Source: an uncultured delta proteobacterium (GTDB taxonomy: Bacteria > Myxococcota > Myxococcia > Myxococcales > Myxococcaceae). Taken from it: 64,000 nt of DNA. The notes below the pieces were generated by a model that was not told the origin of the DNA, made no database searches, and saw nothing but the letters and a program-made list of their open reading frames with translations. Location: the NCBI GenBank assembly GCA_963771175.1, contig CAVYSY010000027.1, positions 32,001 to 96,000 on the forward strand, read 5' to 3'. Of this stretch, positions 30,375 to 40,989 are shown piece by piece (the stretch's first letter is position 1; every line of letters begins with the position of its first letter). Position numbers and translations under genes: made by a program.

Positions 30375-31286
30375 TTACTTCAGCGCCTCGGCGCCGGACA
30401 CGATCTCCATCAGCTCGTTCGTGATGACGGCCTGGCGCGTGCGGTTGTAGGTCAGCGACAGGCTGGCGATCATGTCCGTGGCGTTGCTGGTGGCGTTATC
30501 CATGGCGCTCATGCGCGCGCCGTGCTCGCTGGCGACGCTCTCCAGCAGGGAGCGGTACAGCTTGATGGACACCGCCTGGGGCACCAGGCGATCGAGCACG
30601 TCCTGGCGGCCCGGCTCGTACTTGAAGTCCACCAGCGACGGGGTGGGCGCCACGTCCGGAGGCGGCACCTGGCCGGCCTGGGCGGCCGTCTCGGTGCCCA
30701 CCGACAGCGTCTGCAGCGGCAGGAGCTGGGCCAGGGTCACCTTCTGGTTAATGGCGGAGAGGAACTCGTTGTAGATGACGTAGACGGCATCCACCTCGCC
30801 CTTGAGGAAACGGGCGCTCAGCTCCTCGGCCACCTGCGAGGCGTGGGGGTAGTCCAGCCGCTGGTAGAGCTGGCCGAAGTCCTTGCGCATCTTCTGGCCG
30901 CGCTGGCGGAAGAAGTCGTTGCCCTTGCGACCCACGGTGGAGATCTCCACCTCCAGGCCGCTGTTCTCATAGAGGAAGCGGCTGGCGCGCCGGATGACGT
31001 TGGAGTTGAAGCCACCGGCCAGACCGCGGTCCGACGTGAGCACCACCAGCTCCACCTTGCGCACCGGGCGGGAGGTCAGCAGCGGGTGGGCCACCTCCTC
31101 GCCGCCCGAGCGGGTCACCAGGTCGGAGATGATCTGATCCAGCATCGTCGCGTAGGGGCGAGCGGCGATGATGGCGTCCTGCGCTTTGCGGAGCTTGGCG
31201 GCGGCCACCATCTTCATCGCCTTGGTGATCTGCCGCGTGTTCTTCACCGAGCGGATGCGCTTGCGAATATCGCGAAGGGACGCCAT
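30375..31286 (-). CDS. atpG: ATP synthase F1 gamma subunit
   Basis: [47 protein letters not shown]. Confidence 0.98.
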   Translation of the reverse strand: MASLRDIRKRIRSVKNTRQITKAMKMVAAAKLRKAQDAIIAARPYATMLDQIISDLVTRSGGEEVAHPLLTSRPVRKVELVVLTSDRGLAGGFNSNVIRRASRFLYENSGLEVEISTVGRKGNDFFRQRGQKMRKDFGQLYQRLDYPHASQVAEELSARFLKGEVDAVYVIYNEFLSAINQKVTLAQLLPLQTLSVGTETAAQAGQVPPPDVAPTPSLVDFKYEPGRQDVLDRLVPQAVSIKLYRSLLESVASEHGARMSAMDNATSNATDMIASLSLTYNRTRQAVITNELMEIVSGAEALK

Positions 31287-31533
31287 GGGGCCACCAACTC
31301 CTCTGGAAACGCGGGCTCGAGCACCCCTCCGGAAAAGGGGGACAGCCTGGACGCGGCCCCCTATATAGGCGGTATGGCGGCCGGTCAACCGTGGCCTTCC
31401 AACAAGTGGGGGGGCCCCACGATCGGGGCCCGGCATCCAGGCGGACACACTCCCCCCTCCCCCAGGATGCGGACCAGGACCCCGGGTCATAGCCTTCCAG
31501 GGCAGGTCCCACCTCAGGTTGGAGGTCCTGACC

Positions 31534-31956
31534 ATGGCCACCTTGCGCGGCCCGGTCCTCATCGTGGAAGACGACCCGGATATCCGCGAGTCGCTCCAGC
31601 AGCTCCTGGAGCTCCACGGACATCTGGTGCGGGTGGCGAGCCAGGGCAAGGAGGCCCTGGTGATGATGGGGCGCTCGCCCCGGCCGGCGGTGGTGGTCCT
31701 GGACATGACCCTGCCGGTGATGGACGGCCACAGGCTGCTCACCACCCGGAAGGCGGACGAGGCCCTGCGCGCCATCCCCGTCATCATCCTCTCGGCGGGC
31801 ATGGCGGGGATGAGCGCGAGGGATCGGGCCCTGTACGCGTCCAACTATGGGGTGGCCGCCTTCCTGAGCAAGCCGGCGGAGCCGCGGCAGCTCCTGGAGA
31901 TGGTGGAACGGCACGGAATCAGGGCCGAGGATCCCACCGCTGGTGTCCCTGTGTGA
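31534..31956 (+). CDS. Single-domain response regulator
   Basis: [22 protein letters not shown]. Confidence 0.92.
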   Translation: MATLRGPVLIVEDDPDIRESLQQLLELHGHLVRVASQGKEALVMMGRSPRPAVVVLDMTLPVMDGHRLLTTRKADEALRAIPVIILSAGMAGMSARDRALYASNYGVAAFLSKPAEPRQLLEMVERHGIRAEDPTAGVPV

Positions 31957-32002
31957 GCACCAGACGAGGGAGCACTTCCCCCCGGGCGCCCAGGGAAGGA
32001 GA

Positions 32003-32692
32003 ATGAACCTCCCGGTGGTTGGGCCGGGGACCATGGGGAGAGGCGGCAAGAAGGCACGCCAGGTGCGCAGGTGGGTACTGGCGCTGCTGGCCACGGGGCT
32101 GGCGGCGGTCCTGGGCGTATGGGCTGTCTCCCTCTATGTGGAGAAGCGCTACGAGCACCGGATCATCCCGCGCACCCAGGTGCCCCGGAAGCCGGTGGCG
32201 CTGGTGTACGGAGCGGGACTGGCGCCCGGAGGGGTGCCCTCGCCAGTGCTGGCCCAGCGGCTGGACGCCGCCATCGCCCTCTACCGGGAGGGACAGGTGG
32301 ACGTACTGCTGCTCAGCGGAGACAACTCGGACCGTTTCCACGACGAGACGCGCGCCATGGCGCGGTACGTGCTGGACCGGGGCGTGCCCGAGTCCGACGT
32401 GCAGGAGGACGACGCGGGCCTGTCCACCTACGACAGCTCCGTGCGGGCGCACACCGTCTTCGGGGTGAGCGAGGCGGTGCTCGTCACCCAGCGCTTCCAC
32501 CTGACGCGGGCCCTCTACATCGCCAACTCGGTGGGCATCGACGCCTGGGGGGTGGCCGCGGACGAGGGACGCCCCCGCACCCGCCGCTACGCCCTGCGCG
32601 AGACGCTCTCCCGGGTGCTCGCCCTGGGCATGGTGATGGCGGAGGCCCAGCCACGCTACCCCTCGGGCCGCACGCTCGCCCCGCCGCGCTGA
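32003..32692 (+). CDS. SanA/YdcF/ElyC (DUF218) family protein
   Basis: N-terminal TM, LVYGAG, RLDAA..LY, LLSGDN, AGLSTYDS, VTQRFHL.RA, RE. Confidence 0.88.
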   Translation: MNLPVVGPGTMGRGGKKARQVRRWVLALLATGLAAVLGVWAVSLYVEKRYEHRIIPRTQVPRKPVALVYGAGLAPGGVPSPVLAQRLDAAIALYREGQVDVLLLSGDNSDRFHDETRAMARYVLDRGVPESDVQEDDAGLSTYDSSVRAHTVFGVSEAVLVTQRFHLTRALYIANSVGIDAWGVAADEGRPRTRRYALRETLSRVLALGMVMAEAQPRYPSGRTLAPPR

Positions 32693-32797
32693 GCCGAGCC
32701 ACAGGGCGGGCGGGCAACCGGGGTTCGTTGCGTGGAATCCAATGGGTTCGCACCGTTGGCTCGGAGCAGCCCACCCGGCGTGCCCGGAGGAGACACC

Positions 32798-33077
32798 ATG
32801 CGATTCAAGGACCTCGGCAGCGAGGACGTGGGTGAATCGGAATCCCTGCGGAACCGGGACCCCGTCACCGGCCAGGAGCACATCAACTTCACCGACCAGG
32901 AGCTGTCCGCGACGCCTCCGCTGGAGGACTCACCGGACTTCCGGGACATCCTCCCGGACCAGATTCATGAGTTCCGGCGGGGCGAGGAGGAAGAGGAAGG
33001 CGAGGAGAAGGAGCTCACCGCCCGGCCCAACGAGCCGCTCCGCCCCATGCCGCCGAACGAGCATGCCCGAACGGTAG
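32798..33077 (+). CDS. Small acidic hypothetical protein (end uncertain; stop probably lost through an indel)
   Basis: GGAGGAG RBS + ATG and coding-like codon bias; nearest TAG (33075-33077) is out of frame. Confidence 0.55.
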
Positions 33078-33092
33078 GCGAGGCCTGGCCCC

Positions 33093-34229
33093 TTGGCGCT
33101 CCCCACGCGACCGCACTCCCAGGTGACGCCCCGCACGGTGTGGACGGTGGCGGTGAACGTGCTGGCGTTGGTGGCCGTGCTGTGGCTGGTGGCCACGGCG
33201 TGGACGGTCATCTCCTGGATGATGGTGTCCCTCTTCCTGTCGCTGGCGGCCTGGCCGATGGTGCGCTGGTTGGAGCGGAGGGGACTCCGGCGCGGCGTGG
33301 CGGTGCTGGGGGTGTTCCTGCTGGGGCTCGGCCTGCTGACGGCGCTGGTCATGACGCTGGTGCCCATGTTCATCGAGCAGGGTCGGGCCCTGGTGCGGGC
33401 GGCGCCGGACTACATCGAGGAGCTGCGGCACCGGGCGTGGGTGGAGAGGCTGGACGAGCGCTACGACATCATCGAACGGGTGTCGGCGGATCTTCGCCGC
33501 CGCATCCCCATGACACCCGGGCCCGTGCTCGGGGTGGTGTCGGACATCCTGCGCAACCTGGCCGCCGCCATCACCATCGCCGCGCTGACGGTCTTCATCC
33601 TGCTGTTCGGCGGGAACCTGTTCGACAAGTCCCTGCTGTGGGTGGAGCCCTCGCGCCGCGAGCACTGGCGGAGGCTGGGGCACGAGATGCTCCGCACGGT
33701 GGGCGGCTACGTGGCCGGGGCGTTCCTCATCTCGTTCATCGGCGGGATGGTGACGGCGATATCCACGATGCTGCTGGGAGTGCCCTACTTCCTCGCCCTC
33801 GGACTGGCCATGGCCGTGCTGGGGCTCGTCCCCTATGTGGGCTCGTTCCTGGGCGCCATCCTGGTGGCGGGGACGACGTTCGCCTCGGTGGGAACGAAGG
33901 CGGGTCTCATCGCGCTGGGGATATTCCTCGTCTACCAGCAGCTCGAGGGCAACCTGCTGCAACCGCTCATCCAGCGCCGGACGCTGAACATGAACCCGCT
34001 GCTCATCGCCCTGGTGATGTTGTTGGGCACGGCCCTGGCGGGACTCATCGGCGCGCTGCTGGCGCTCCCGATCGCCGGGGCGGTGCAGGTACTGGTGCAG
34101 GAGCGGCTGTCGCAACTGCACGCGCGGTGGCGCATGGACCAGGGCGGGGCGACGCGCGTCATCCTGGCCCCCGAGGACGCGGCGCCTCGGCAGAAGCCCC
34201 CCGCCGAGCCCCCGGTCCTGCAACACTGA
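33093..34229 (+). CDS. AI-2E family transporter
   Basis: Multi-TM; VPYVGS, YQQLEGNLLQP, GALLALP. Confidence 0.9.
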   Translation: MALPTRPHSQVTPRTVWTVAVNVLALVAVLWLVATAWTVISWMMVSLFLSLAAWPMVRWLERRGLRRGVAVLGVFLLGLGLLTALVMTLVPMFIEQGRALVRAAPDYIEELRHRAWVERLDERYDIIERVSADLRRRIPMTPGPVLGVVSDILRNLAAAITIAALTVFILLFGGNLFDKSLLWVEPSRREHWRRLGHEMLRTVGGYVAGAFLISFIGGMVTAISTMLLGVPYFLALGLAMAVLGLVPYVGSFLGAILVAGTTFASVGTKAGLIALGIFLVYQQLEGNLLQPLIQRRTLNMNPLLIALVMLLGTALAGLIGALLALPIAGAVQVLVQERLSQLHARWRMDQGGATRVILAPEDAAPRQKPPAEPPVLQH

Positions 34230-34317
34230 GCCTCCGCCCCCTGGAGGCCATGGGGGCGGGTGCCACGAGGACTCGGGCCCGACCCCCTCCCGGAGAAGAG
34301 GGCCGGAGCGACACGGC

Positions 34318-35522
34318 TCAGCGACGGCCGCGAGCGGCTCCCCGCTTGCCGGCGGTCCGGGTACTCGCGGCCTTGCGCGCGGGAGCCCGCTTGGCGCCAG
34401 TGGCCTTCCGGGCCGGAGCCTTCTTCACGGCGCGACCTTCTTCGCCGGGGCCTTCTTCGCGACCGCCTTCTTCGCCGGGGCCTTCTTCGCGGCCGCCTTC
34501 TTCGCGGGGGCCTTCTTCGCCGGGGCCTTCTTCGCGACCGCCTTCTTCGCCGGGGCCTTCTTCGCGGCCGCCTTCTTCGCGGCGGCCTTCTTCGCGGCCG
34601 CCTTCTTCGCGGCCGCCTTCTTCGCGGCCGCCTTCTTCGCCGGGGCCTTCTTCGCGGCCGCCTTCTTCGCGGCGGCCGCGCCACCCCGGGCCGGAGTGCC
34701 CGCGACGGACCTCGCCACGGCGGCGGCGGTACTCGCCACGGAAGCAGCCGTCTTCGCAGCACCCTCCACCACGGAAGCGGCCCTCTTCACCGCGCGCCGG
34801 GCCCCGGCAGCGGCCTTCTTCGCCACCCCCTGGGGACGGGCCACGGGCTCGGCCTGCTCCTGGGCGGCCGACTGCCGGAGCTGCTCCACACGGCGCTCGG
34901 CGGCGGCGACCACCATCTGCCGCAGCTCTTCCTCGCCCTCCTCCTGGGCCGCCGCCCTCGGGGCCTCGCCCTCCTCGTATTCCACCGAGAGGTCGCTCAG
35001 CGCCCCCTGCACCGCGGAGAGGGCCCGGGCGTACGTCCTGTCACCAAACTCCTCCACCTCGGCGGGGGGCACGAGCACCTCGAGCATTTCCCTCAGCGAG
35101 CGGTACAGCCGCAGCTCGCGCGCCTCCGTCTCCCAGGTGCCGAAGATCGAATCATCGCCCGACAGCGACTCCGCCCAGTCCGGCAGGGGGCTATCGGACT
35201 GCTCCACCATCGCGGACTTGCGCGCGACGAAGAGCTGACGGTGCGGGCCCTTCACCCCGATGCGCCAGAGGCCAGCGGCCGGAAGGCTCTCCAGCTTCAG
35301 CCGCGTCTTCTCCAGCACGCTGGGCGCGCCCTCGGGGCCATGCAGCGGGAAGAGGACCACCTCTCCCAGGAACTCACCGCCGTTGGACATCCGATATAGC
35401 GCGCCGAGCTCCTCGGGGAAGGGCACCCCACACTCGGTCTCCGCACGCCGGATATCCTCGGCCTCCACTCCGGCCACCATCCTCTTCGCCGACTTCTGAA
35501 GTCCCTCCAACCACTCGTGCAT
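34318..35522 (-). CDS. SMI1/KNR4-domain protein with histone H1-like Lys/Ala/Pro tail; probable frameshift near 34430
   Basis: [31 protein letters not shown]; KKAxA repeats; shifted frame continues KKAPARK..RGRR* to 34318. Confidence 0.8.
34420..34676. repeat. 15-bp coding tandem repeat (KKAxA pentapeptide)
   Basis: More than a dozen ccttcttcgc-containing units. Confidence 0.9.
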
Positions 35523-35701
35523 GTCCCCTCCCCTCGAAGGGCCCCAACTTACGGCGCCTGGGGCCTGCTGCGCAGCAGTGCGCCTCGTGGGATATTGTGC
35601 ACGGCACCGGCTCCCGAGGGCAGTCTTTCGCACCCGGAAGCCTCTGGTCCCGTGTTCTGTCAACCACGGGCCTACCCCGCCACATCCCATTGGAGCCCCC
35701 C

Positions 35702-36235
35702 ATGCGACGCCTTCACCTCCTGCTTCCCCTCGCCGCCCTGATCCTGACCGCCTGCGGTCCCAGCCACGAAGGCACCGTCACCTACCAGGTGCACTTCAAG
35801 CCCGGCGACGTGACGGGCAGCACCATCGCCGATGACGAGGACGTGAACCCCGACAACACCCAGTGGAAGACCTTCCTGGCCCAGGCCCAGACGACCCTGG
35901 AGCAGGCCCCCACCGAGTTCGAGGTGACGGGCGTGCGCATCCAGCTCGACCCCACGAAGTCGAAGAACGTGGGCATGCTGCAGGACGTGCTCACCGGCGA
36001 GGTGACGGCCTACCTGCGTGCCTCGAACGGCGCCCAGGTGGACATCGCCGCGGTCGAGGACCCCACGGGCAGCGCCCAGTTGGACATGGACACGCTCGGT
36101 AACGACCTGGAGTCGCTGAACGCGAGCCTGGCCCAGAGCGACTTCCGCCTCGGGATGCGCGGCACCACCCCCAAGGCGCCTGGCAGCGACTTCGAGGCCA
36201 CCGTCACCATCACCCTGGACGTCACCGCCCGCTAG
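35702..36235 (+). CDS. Hypothetical lipoprotein
   Basis: [18 protein letters not shown] lipobox; RBS. Confidence 0.8.
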   Translation: MRRLHLLLPLAALILTACGPSHEGTVTYQVHFKPGDVTGSTIADDEDVNPDNTQWKTFLAQAQTTLEQAPTEFEVTGVRIQLDPTKSKNVGMLQDVLTGEVTAYLRASNGAQVDIAAVEDPTGSAQLDMDTLGNDLESLNASLAQSDFRLGMRGTTPKAPGSDFEATVTITLDVTAR

Positions 36236-36367
36236 CGCCAGTCGCCTCCGTCCCCGGGGCTCCCCTGTCCGTCCAGGGGGGCCTCGCCCGGTGGCCTCCC
36301 CTCCCCTGTCCTCCCGCCCCTCTCCGGGCCAGCTTCTCCCGGAAAAGGCCTGCAAGGAGTGGAGCAC

Positions 36368-37078
36368 ATGAATCGCTGGTGGGGACGGTGTGTGCTGCTC
36401 GGAGCGATGGTGGTGGCGGGTGGCTCGGCGCTGGCGCAGGGGGGGCCCAGCTCGCCCAAGGAGCCCCTGCCCAAGCATGAGGGGAAGCAAAGCCCTCAGC
36501 AGCTCCAGGCCGTGGAACTCAGCCGGCAGATGCTCGCCAATGGCGAGCAGGGCTTCCTCGCACAGCTCCATGACCTCCACCAGACGGAGATAGCCGTCGG
36601 GAAGCTCACCGAGCAGAAGGCCTTCACGCCGGCCGTGCGGCAGTACGGCGAGGAGATGGTGCGAGACCACCAGAAGGCCGACCAGCAGCTCCTGGACTAC
36701 GCGAAGCAGCGCGGCTTCCAGCTCGGCAGGATGGAGCCCACCAACGACGTGCAGCGCCGGCTCCAGAGCGCCACCGAGGCCACCAAGGCGACACTGCCGA
36801 TGCTGCAGGGCACCCTGTACGACCAGCAGTACCTCGCCTCCCAGGTGGCTTCCCATGACCAGGCCATCCAACTGGTGATGCTCGGCCGGCAGCAGTACCC
36901 CCAGCTCGCGTCGATGCTGGACGGTCTGCTGCCCACCCTCCGCGAGCACCGGGACCGGGCGTACCAGCTCCTCGGGCAGACCCAACCCCAGGCCCAGGCG
37001 GGCCAGCAGCCAGCCCAGCCCCAGCAGCCAGCCCAGCAGCAGCGGCAGGCACGCCCGCCGCCCGGCGAGCGGCGCTGA
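36368..37078 (+). CDS. DUF4142 domain secreted protein
   Basis: Signal peptide; EI..GKL..K..VRQYG..MVRDH, YDQQYL..QV..H, LPTLREH. Confidence 0.85.
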   Translation: MNRWWGRCVLLGAMVVAGGSALAQGGPSSPKEPLPKHEGKQSPQQLQAVELSRQMLANGEQGFLAQLHDLHQTEIAVGKLTEQKAFTPAVRQYGEEMVRDHQKADQQLLDYAKQRGFQLGRMEPTNDVQRRLQSATEATKATLPMLQGTLYDQQYLASQVASHDQAIQLVMLGRQQYPQLASMLDGLLPTLREHRDRAYQLLGQTQPQAQAGQQPAQPQQPAQQQRQARPPPGERR

Positions 37079-37285
37079 GCCGGGCCTCGCCCTCCGGGGC
37101 CTGACGCCGAATCCTCCGAGCTGCCCACGGTGTGGCCGTGGGTGCCCGGAGTGGGAACGCGCCTTCTCACAGTGTGGCCCCGCGGTCCGTCGAGTCCGAG
37201 AACCGTGGAGCGTGTGGGGCCTCCGCCAGATGACTCCGCCCGGGCACGCCCGCTGCACACGAGCCCAGCCACCGACGGAGGTGGC

Positions 37286-39067
37286 ATGGGGCGATGGGCC
37301 TGGGTCATGGCGGTGGGACTGGCGGGAGTGCTGGCCTGCGGGGGCGAAGCGGACACCCGGGCCGCCCCTCCCGAGTCACCCGTCCAGCAACAACCGTTCC
37401 CCACGGAGACCAGCACCACCACCACCCAAGATGGAGGGACGCCCGGGCCAAGGACTCCCGATGCGGGAGCGCCGCCCCTGGACGCGGGGATGCCACCGGA
37501 CGCGGGGATGCCACCGGACGCGGGGGGCTTCCCCCCGGTCCAGACGCGGGTCCCCACCTTCACCCTGCACGTGGCCCCGGAGGCCCTGGCGAAGCTGGAG
37601 GCGAATCCGGAATCGGATGAGCAGGTGCCCGTGGTGGTGGAGCTGGACGGGGTGCGGGCCCCGGGGCGCATGCGCTACCGCGGCGCGAGCACCCGCACGC
37701 TGGTGCAGAAGAGCTTCAAGCTCGAGCTCGACCCCGGCTACGAACTGGAGGACCGCGACCACTTCGAGCTGCTCGCCTGCTGGTTCGACGGCGGCAAGCT
37801 GACGGAGAAGTTCGCGATGGACCTGTACGCGGCGCTGGGGCTGCCCGCCCCGAAGGCCCGCTACGCGCGAGTGAGCCTCAACGGCAAGCCCAACGGGCTC
37901 TACCTGGACGTCGAGCACGTGGGGAAGGACTTCCTCAAGCACCACGGAATGGAGCGCGGGGCGTCCATCTACCGGTGCGGCGGTCGCAACTGCGAGCTGA
38001 CGCTCCAGCCCGGCCCCTACCAGGACGACTTCGCGAAGAAGACGAACGAGGACACCGGCTGGGAGGACCTGGAGGCGCTCCTCGCCGTGGTGAACCGGAG
38101 CGACGACTCGGAGCTGGAGGCGTGGCTGGCCGCGCACGTGAACCTGGAGGCCTACCTGGGCAACCTCGCGGCCGACGCGCTCATCTCCAACAACATCGTC
38201 GAGGACTCCCGCAGCTTCTGGCTCCACGAGCACCAGCGGGACGTGTGGACCTACATCCCCTGGGACCTGAACAACGCGCGGATGCTGTACTGGCGCACGT
38301 GGGAGGCGGACCTGCCGCCCTACACGAAACGCGAACCGCGGCTCTTCTCCCTCTATGACCCGACGGTGCAGAGCATGTGGGAGAAGCGGTTGGTGGAGGA
38401 CTCGAGCCAGCGGCCCACGTGGAGCGTGCTCAATACGCGCATCTGGGACCGACCGGCGCTGCGAGAGCGGCTGCTCGCGAAGCTGGAGGCGGCGATGGAG
38501 GGGCCCTTCACCGAGGAGAAGGCCGGAGCACACATCGACGCGCTGTGGCGGGTGGTGGGGCCGGAGCTGGACAAGGACCCCTACGTCTCGAGGGAGCACG
38601 CCGCTCGGGCGAGGGGCTTCCTGAAGGACTACGTCCGGGGACGGCGGACGTACCTGCGGAAGATGCTGGCCACGCTGCGGGCACACGGCTCGGGTGCGCT
38701 GGTCATCCGCGAGGTGTCGGCGGGAAGCCGTGGGTACATCGAGGTCCTCAACCGCGGCACCGAGCCGCTCAACCTCCAGGGCTACGCCGTGACGAACGAC
38801 CTGCGCGAGCCGTCGAAGTACCGGCTGCCGGCGCTCCCGCTCAATCCCGGCCAGGCGCTGCGGCTGGTGGCGGACGGCTTCACGGAGGCCGGGCCCACGC
38901 ACCTGCCCTTCACGCTGTCCCGCTCGGGGGGCGAGGTGGGGCTCTTCGACGGCACGCACGTGTACGGCCCCGAGGACGCCCTCTACTACGGGCCCCTGCC
39001 CTCGGGGACGGTGTACTCCCGGAAGGACCCCTGGAGCGACGACTTCGAGCGCCGGCTCGTCCCATGA
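37286..39067 (+). CDS. CotH kinase family lipoprotein with C-terminal lamin-tail-like domain
   Basis: VLAC lipobox, PPDAG repeats, RYRGAST, KSFKL, GLYLDVE, IPWDLN; IREV..YIEVLN..FTLSRSGGEV. Confidence 0.82.
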   Translation: MGRWAWVMAVGLAGVLACGGEADTRAAPPESPVQQQPFPTETSTTTTQDGGTPGPRTPDAGAPPLDAGMPPDAGMPPDAGGFPPVQTRVPTFTLHVAPEALAKLEANPESDEQVPVVVELDGVRAPGRMRYRGASTRTLVQKSFKLELDPGYELEDRDHFELLACWFDGGKLTEKFAMDLYAALGLPAPKARYARVSLNGKPNGLYLDVEHVGKDFLKHHGMERGASIYRCGGRNCELTLQPGPYQDDFAKKTNEDTGWEDLEALLAVVNRSDDSELEAWLAAHVNLEAYLGNLAADALISNNIVEDSRSFWLHEHQRDVWTYIPWDLNNARMLYWRTWEADLPPYTKREPRLFSLYDPTVQSMWEKRLVEDSSQRPTWSVLNTRIWDRPALRERLLAKLEAAMEGPFTEEKAGAHIDALWRVVGPELDKDPYVSREHAARARGFLKDYVRGRRTYLRKMLATLRAHGSGALVIREVSAGSRGYIEVLNRGTEPLNLQGYAVTNDLREPSKYRLPALPLNPGQALRLVADGFTEAGPTHLPFTLSRSGGEVGLFDGTHVYGPEDALYYGPLPSGTVYSRKDPWSDDFERRLVP

Positions 39068-39105
39068 GTTGAAGCGGGGACGGCGCCCCGTTACAGGGAG
39101 GCGCC

Positions 39106-39450
39106 ATGGCACATCCCGTGAGCTACGACGCGACGCCGGAGAACTTCGACGCCCTGGTGCTGGAGCCCCGGGGCGAGCTGGTGGTGGTGGACTTCTGGGG
39201 CCCCGGCTGCCCCAACTGCGACATCTACGCGGCGGCGGAGCCCTCGCTGCTCTCCGAGCTGGACGGAGCGCGGATGCGCGTGGTGAAGGTGAACGCGTAC
39301 GAGCACGAGGAGCTGGCGCGGCGCTTCGGCCTGTACGGCATCCCCACCTTCCTGCTGTTCCGCGATGGCCAGCGGCTCGGGAAGATGAGCCAGTACTACG
39401 GGCGCGAGTACTGGCTCGGCGTCGTCCGTGAGCACCTGCCCACGGCCTGA
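39106..39450 (+). CDS. Thioredoxin family protein
   Basis: VDFWGPGCPNC, GIPTFLLF. Confidence 0.9.
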   Translation: MAHPVSYDATPENFDALVLEPRGELVVVDFWGPGCPNCDIYAAAEPSLLSELDGARMRVVKVNAYEHEELARRFGLYGIPTFLLFRDGQRLGKMSQYYGREYWLGVVREHLPTA

Positions 39451-39474
39451 GGACGAACGGGCAGCGGCCCCCGG

Positions 39475-40533
39475 CTACGGGCGGCGCAGCTCGGGGAACG
39501 GAGAGGTCGGCGAGCAGTAGCGCCCGGTCACCAGGGACCAGCACACGTTGCCCCGCATCCACGCCTTCATCCCGTCCACGTAGAAGGCCACCCGCGCATC
39601 GTCGAGCAGCCCCGACTGGAGCAGCCGCTCCTCGCACGCCTGGAAGCACTCCACGTCCGCGTTCACCACCTGGATGGCCTCGGCCACCGACTCCTCCAGG
39701 CCGAGCGCGTGGTGCACCTGCAGCACGTGGACGAGGTTGTTCGGGTTGCGGCTCCAGAGCACCTCCTTCTCATAGGAGAAGAGGTCGTTGCTCAGCGCCA
39801 CCACCCGGGTGCACAGCTCCCGCATCCGCCGCAGCTCGGGAGTCGCGAGCACGTGGCCGGGCAGCTCGCGCCCCTCCTGGGCGAACTCCACGAGGTCCAC
39901 GCACGTATACATGCCCGAGTCCTCGGCGCGCTGGGTGAGGTAGGCGTCGAAGTCGGGGACGGTGCCGGCCGTCCAGTGCCGCGAGGCCTGCAGCGTGCCC
40001 TGGAAGAGGTAGCTCTCCACGTCATCGGCGAAGCGCGACAGCCAGGACTCGCTGGCCAGGCGCTCCATGCGCCGACGGATGTCGTAGGTGAATCGCTCGA
40101 GCGGCCGGGCCCGGGTGCGCAGGGCCCCGCCACGCAGCACCTCCAGGCACGCCTCCATGTACTCCTGGAGGTACGCCGGCCGCTGGCCCACGTCGGCGCA
40201 CTCGTCGGCCTCGTCGTCGAAGAGGAACAGCCACACGTGCCAGTCGTTGCACAGCTCCAGCCGCTCCCGCGTCGCCTCCGGGTAGGCGTAGGCCGCGAGC
40301 AGGCCGAACTGGCTCGCATCGAAGCGCCGCAGCACCGACGGCACCCTCGGCAGCAGCTTCACCCCCAGCACCCGCGCCCGAGTGGCCTGCTCGATGTACC
40401 GGGCGTGCGGGCTCGGCTCCGAGGGCCAGGTGGAGGGAATCCGCAGCAGCGACAGGCTGGGACCCTGGAGAACGGGAACCTCTCTCGACGAGAAGGACTC
40501 ACCAGCGGGGACCAACTTCGCGGCGGGGAGCAT
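39475..40533 (-). CDS. Class I terpene cyclase
   Basis: LFDDEADE, SNDLFSYEKE (NSE triad), WSLVTGRY; AGGGAGG RBS. Confidence 0.92.
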   Translation of the reverse strand: MLPAAKLVPAGESFSSREVPVLQGPSLSLLRIPSTWPSEPSPHARYIEQATRARVLGVKLLPRVPSVLRRFDASQFGLLAAYAYPEATRERLELCNDWHVWLFLFDDEADECADVGQRPAYLQEYMEACLEVLRGGALRTRARPLERFTYDIRRRMERLASESWLSRFADDVESYLFQGTLQASRHWTAGTVPDFDAYLTQRAEDSGMYTCVDLVEFAQEGRELPGHVLATPELRRMRELCTRVVALSNDLFSYEKEVLWSRNPNNLVHVLQVHHALGLEESVAEAIQVVNADVECFQACEERLLQSGLLDDARVAFYVDGMKAWMRGNVCWSLVTGRYCSPTSPFPELRRP

Positions 40534-40866
40534 CGGAACCTCCCTGTGCGAGGTGCCCCTCCAGGCAGCACACCCGCTCATGAATAACTTTGACCTTCAC
40601 TATAATACTGAATTCAGGCTGTAAGAAACATCTTAATTTCTCAGTAGGGGAGAGCCCCCACATTGGGTGCTGATGTAGCCGGAGTGCCCCCAAGAACCGA
40701 GAGCGCAAGACTACTGGAGTTGGAGGTGAGCCACGACAACGTGACGAGCCAGGAGAGCCTCCGAGGTGTTGAGCACCGGATGGACCCGCATCCCAACATC
40801 GCCATCCGAAACAAATCCCCTCAGAGGCGAGGGCGGAGCACAAAAGTGCAGTGGCGGTGCTGCTTC

Positions 40867-40984
40867 GGAGCGTTTCACTTGTCACCGGTGACAAGCGGAA
40901 TGGGGCCGGAGCGTTTCACTCGTCACCGGTGACGAGCGGAATGGGGCCCCGGAGGGTTTCACTCGTCACCGGTGACGAGCGGAA
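40867..40984. repeat. Three tandem ~41-43 bp units, each with an 18-bp perfect palindrome
   Basis: cttgtcaccggtgacaag (40878-40895); ctcgtcaccggtgacgag (40919-40936 and 40962-40979). Confidence 0.92.
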
Positions 40985-40989
40985 CCACA

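Noticed and set aside
31287..31844. N-terminal extension of AtpG
   Set aside because: The canonical start [10 protein letters not shown] is at 31286; the extension is intergenic DNA plus the antisense strand of the response regulator
32732..36235. 1167-aa giant ORF
   Set aside because: It joins a small acidic gene and a lipoprotein through off-frame and antisense stretches of two real genes; stop-poor GC-rich frame
40590..40606. TTGACC / TATAAT sigma70 promoter
   Set aside because: Only 5 nt between the boxes, and it points away from the terpene cyclase
40867..40984. Mini CRISPR array
   Set aside because: Sequence between the palindromes is also repeated (no unique spacers) and no cas genes are present
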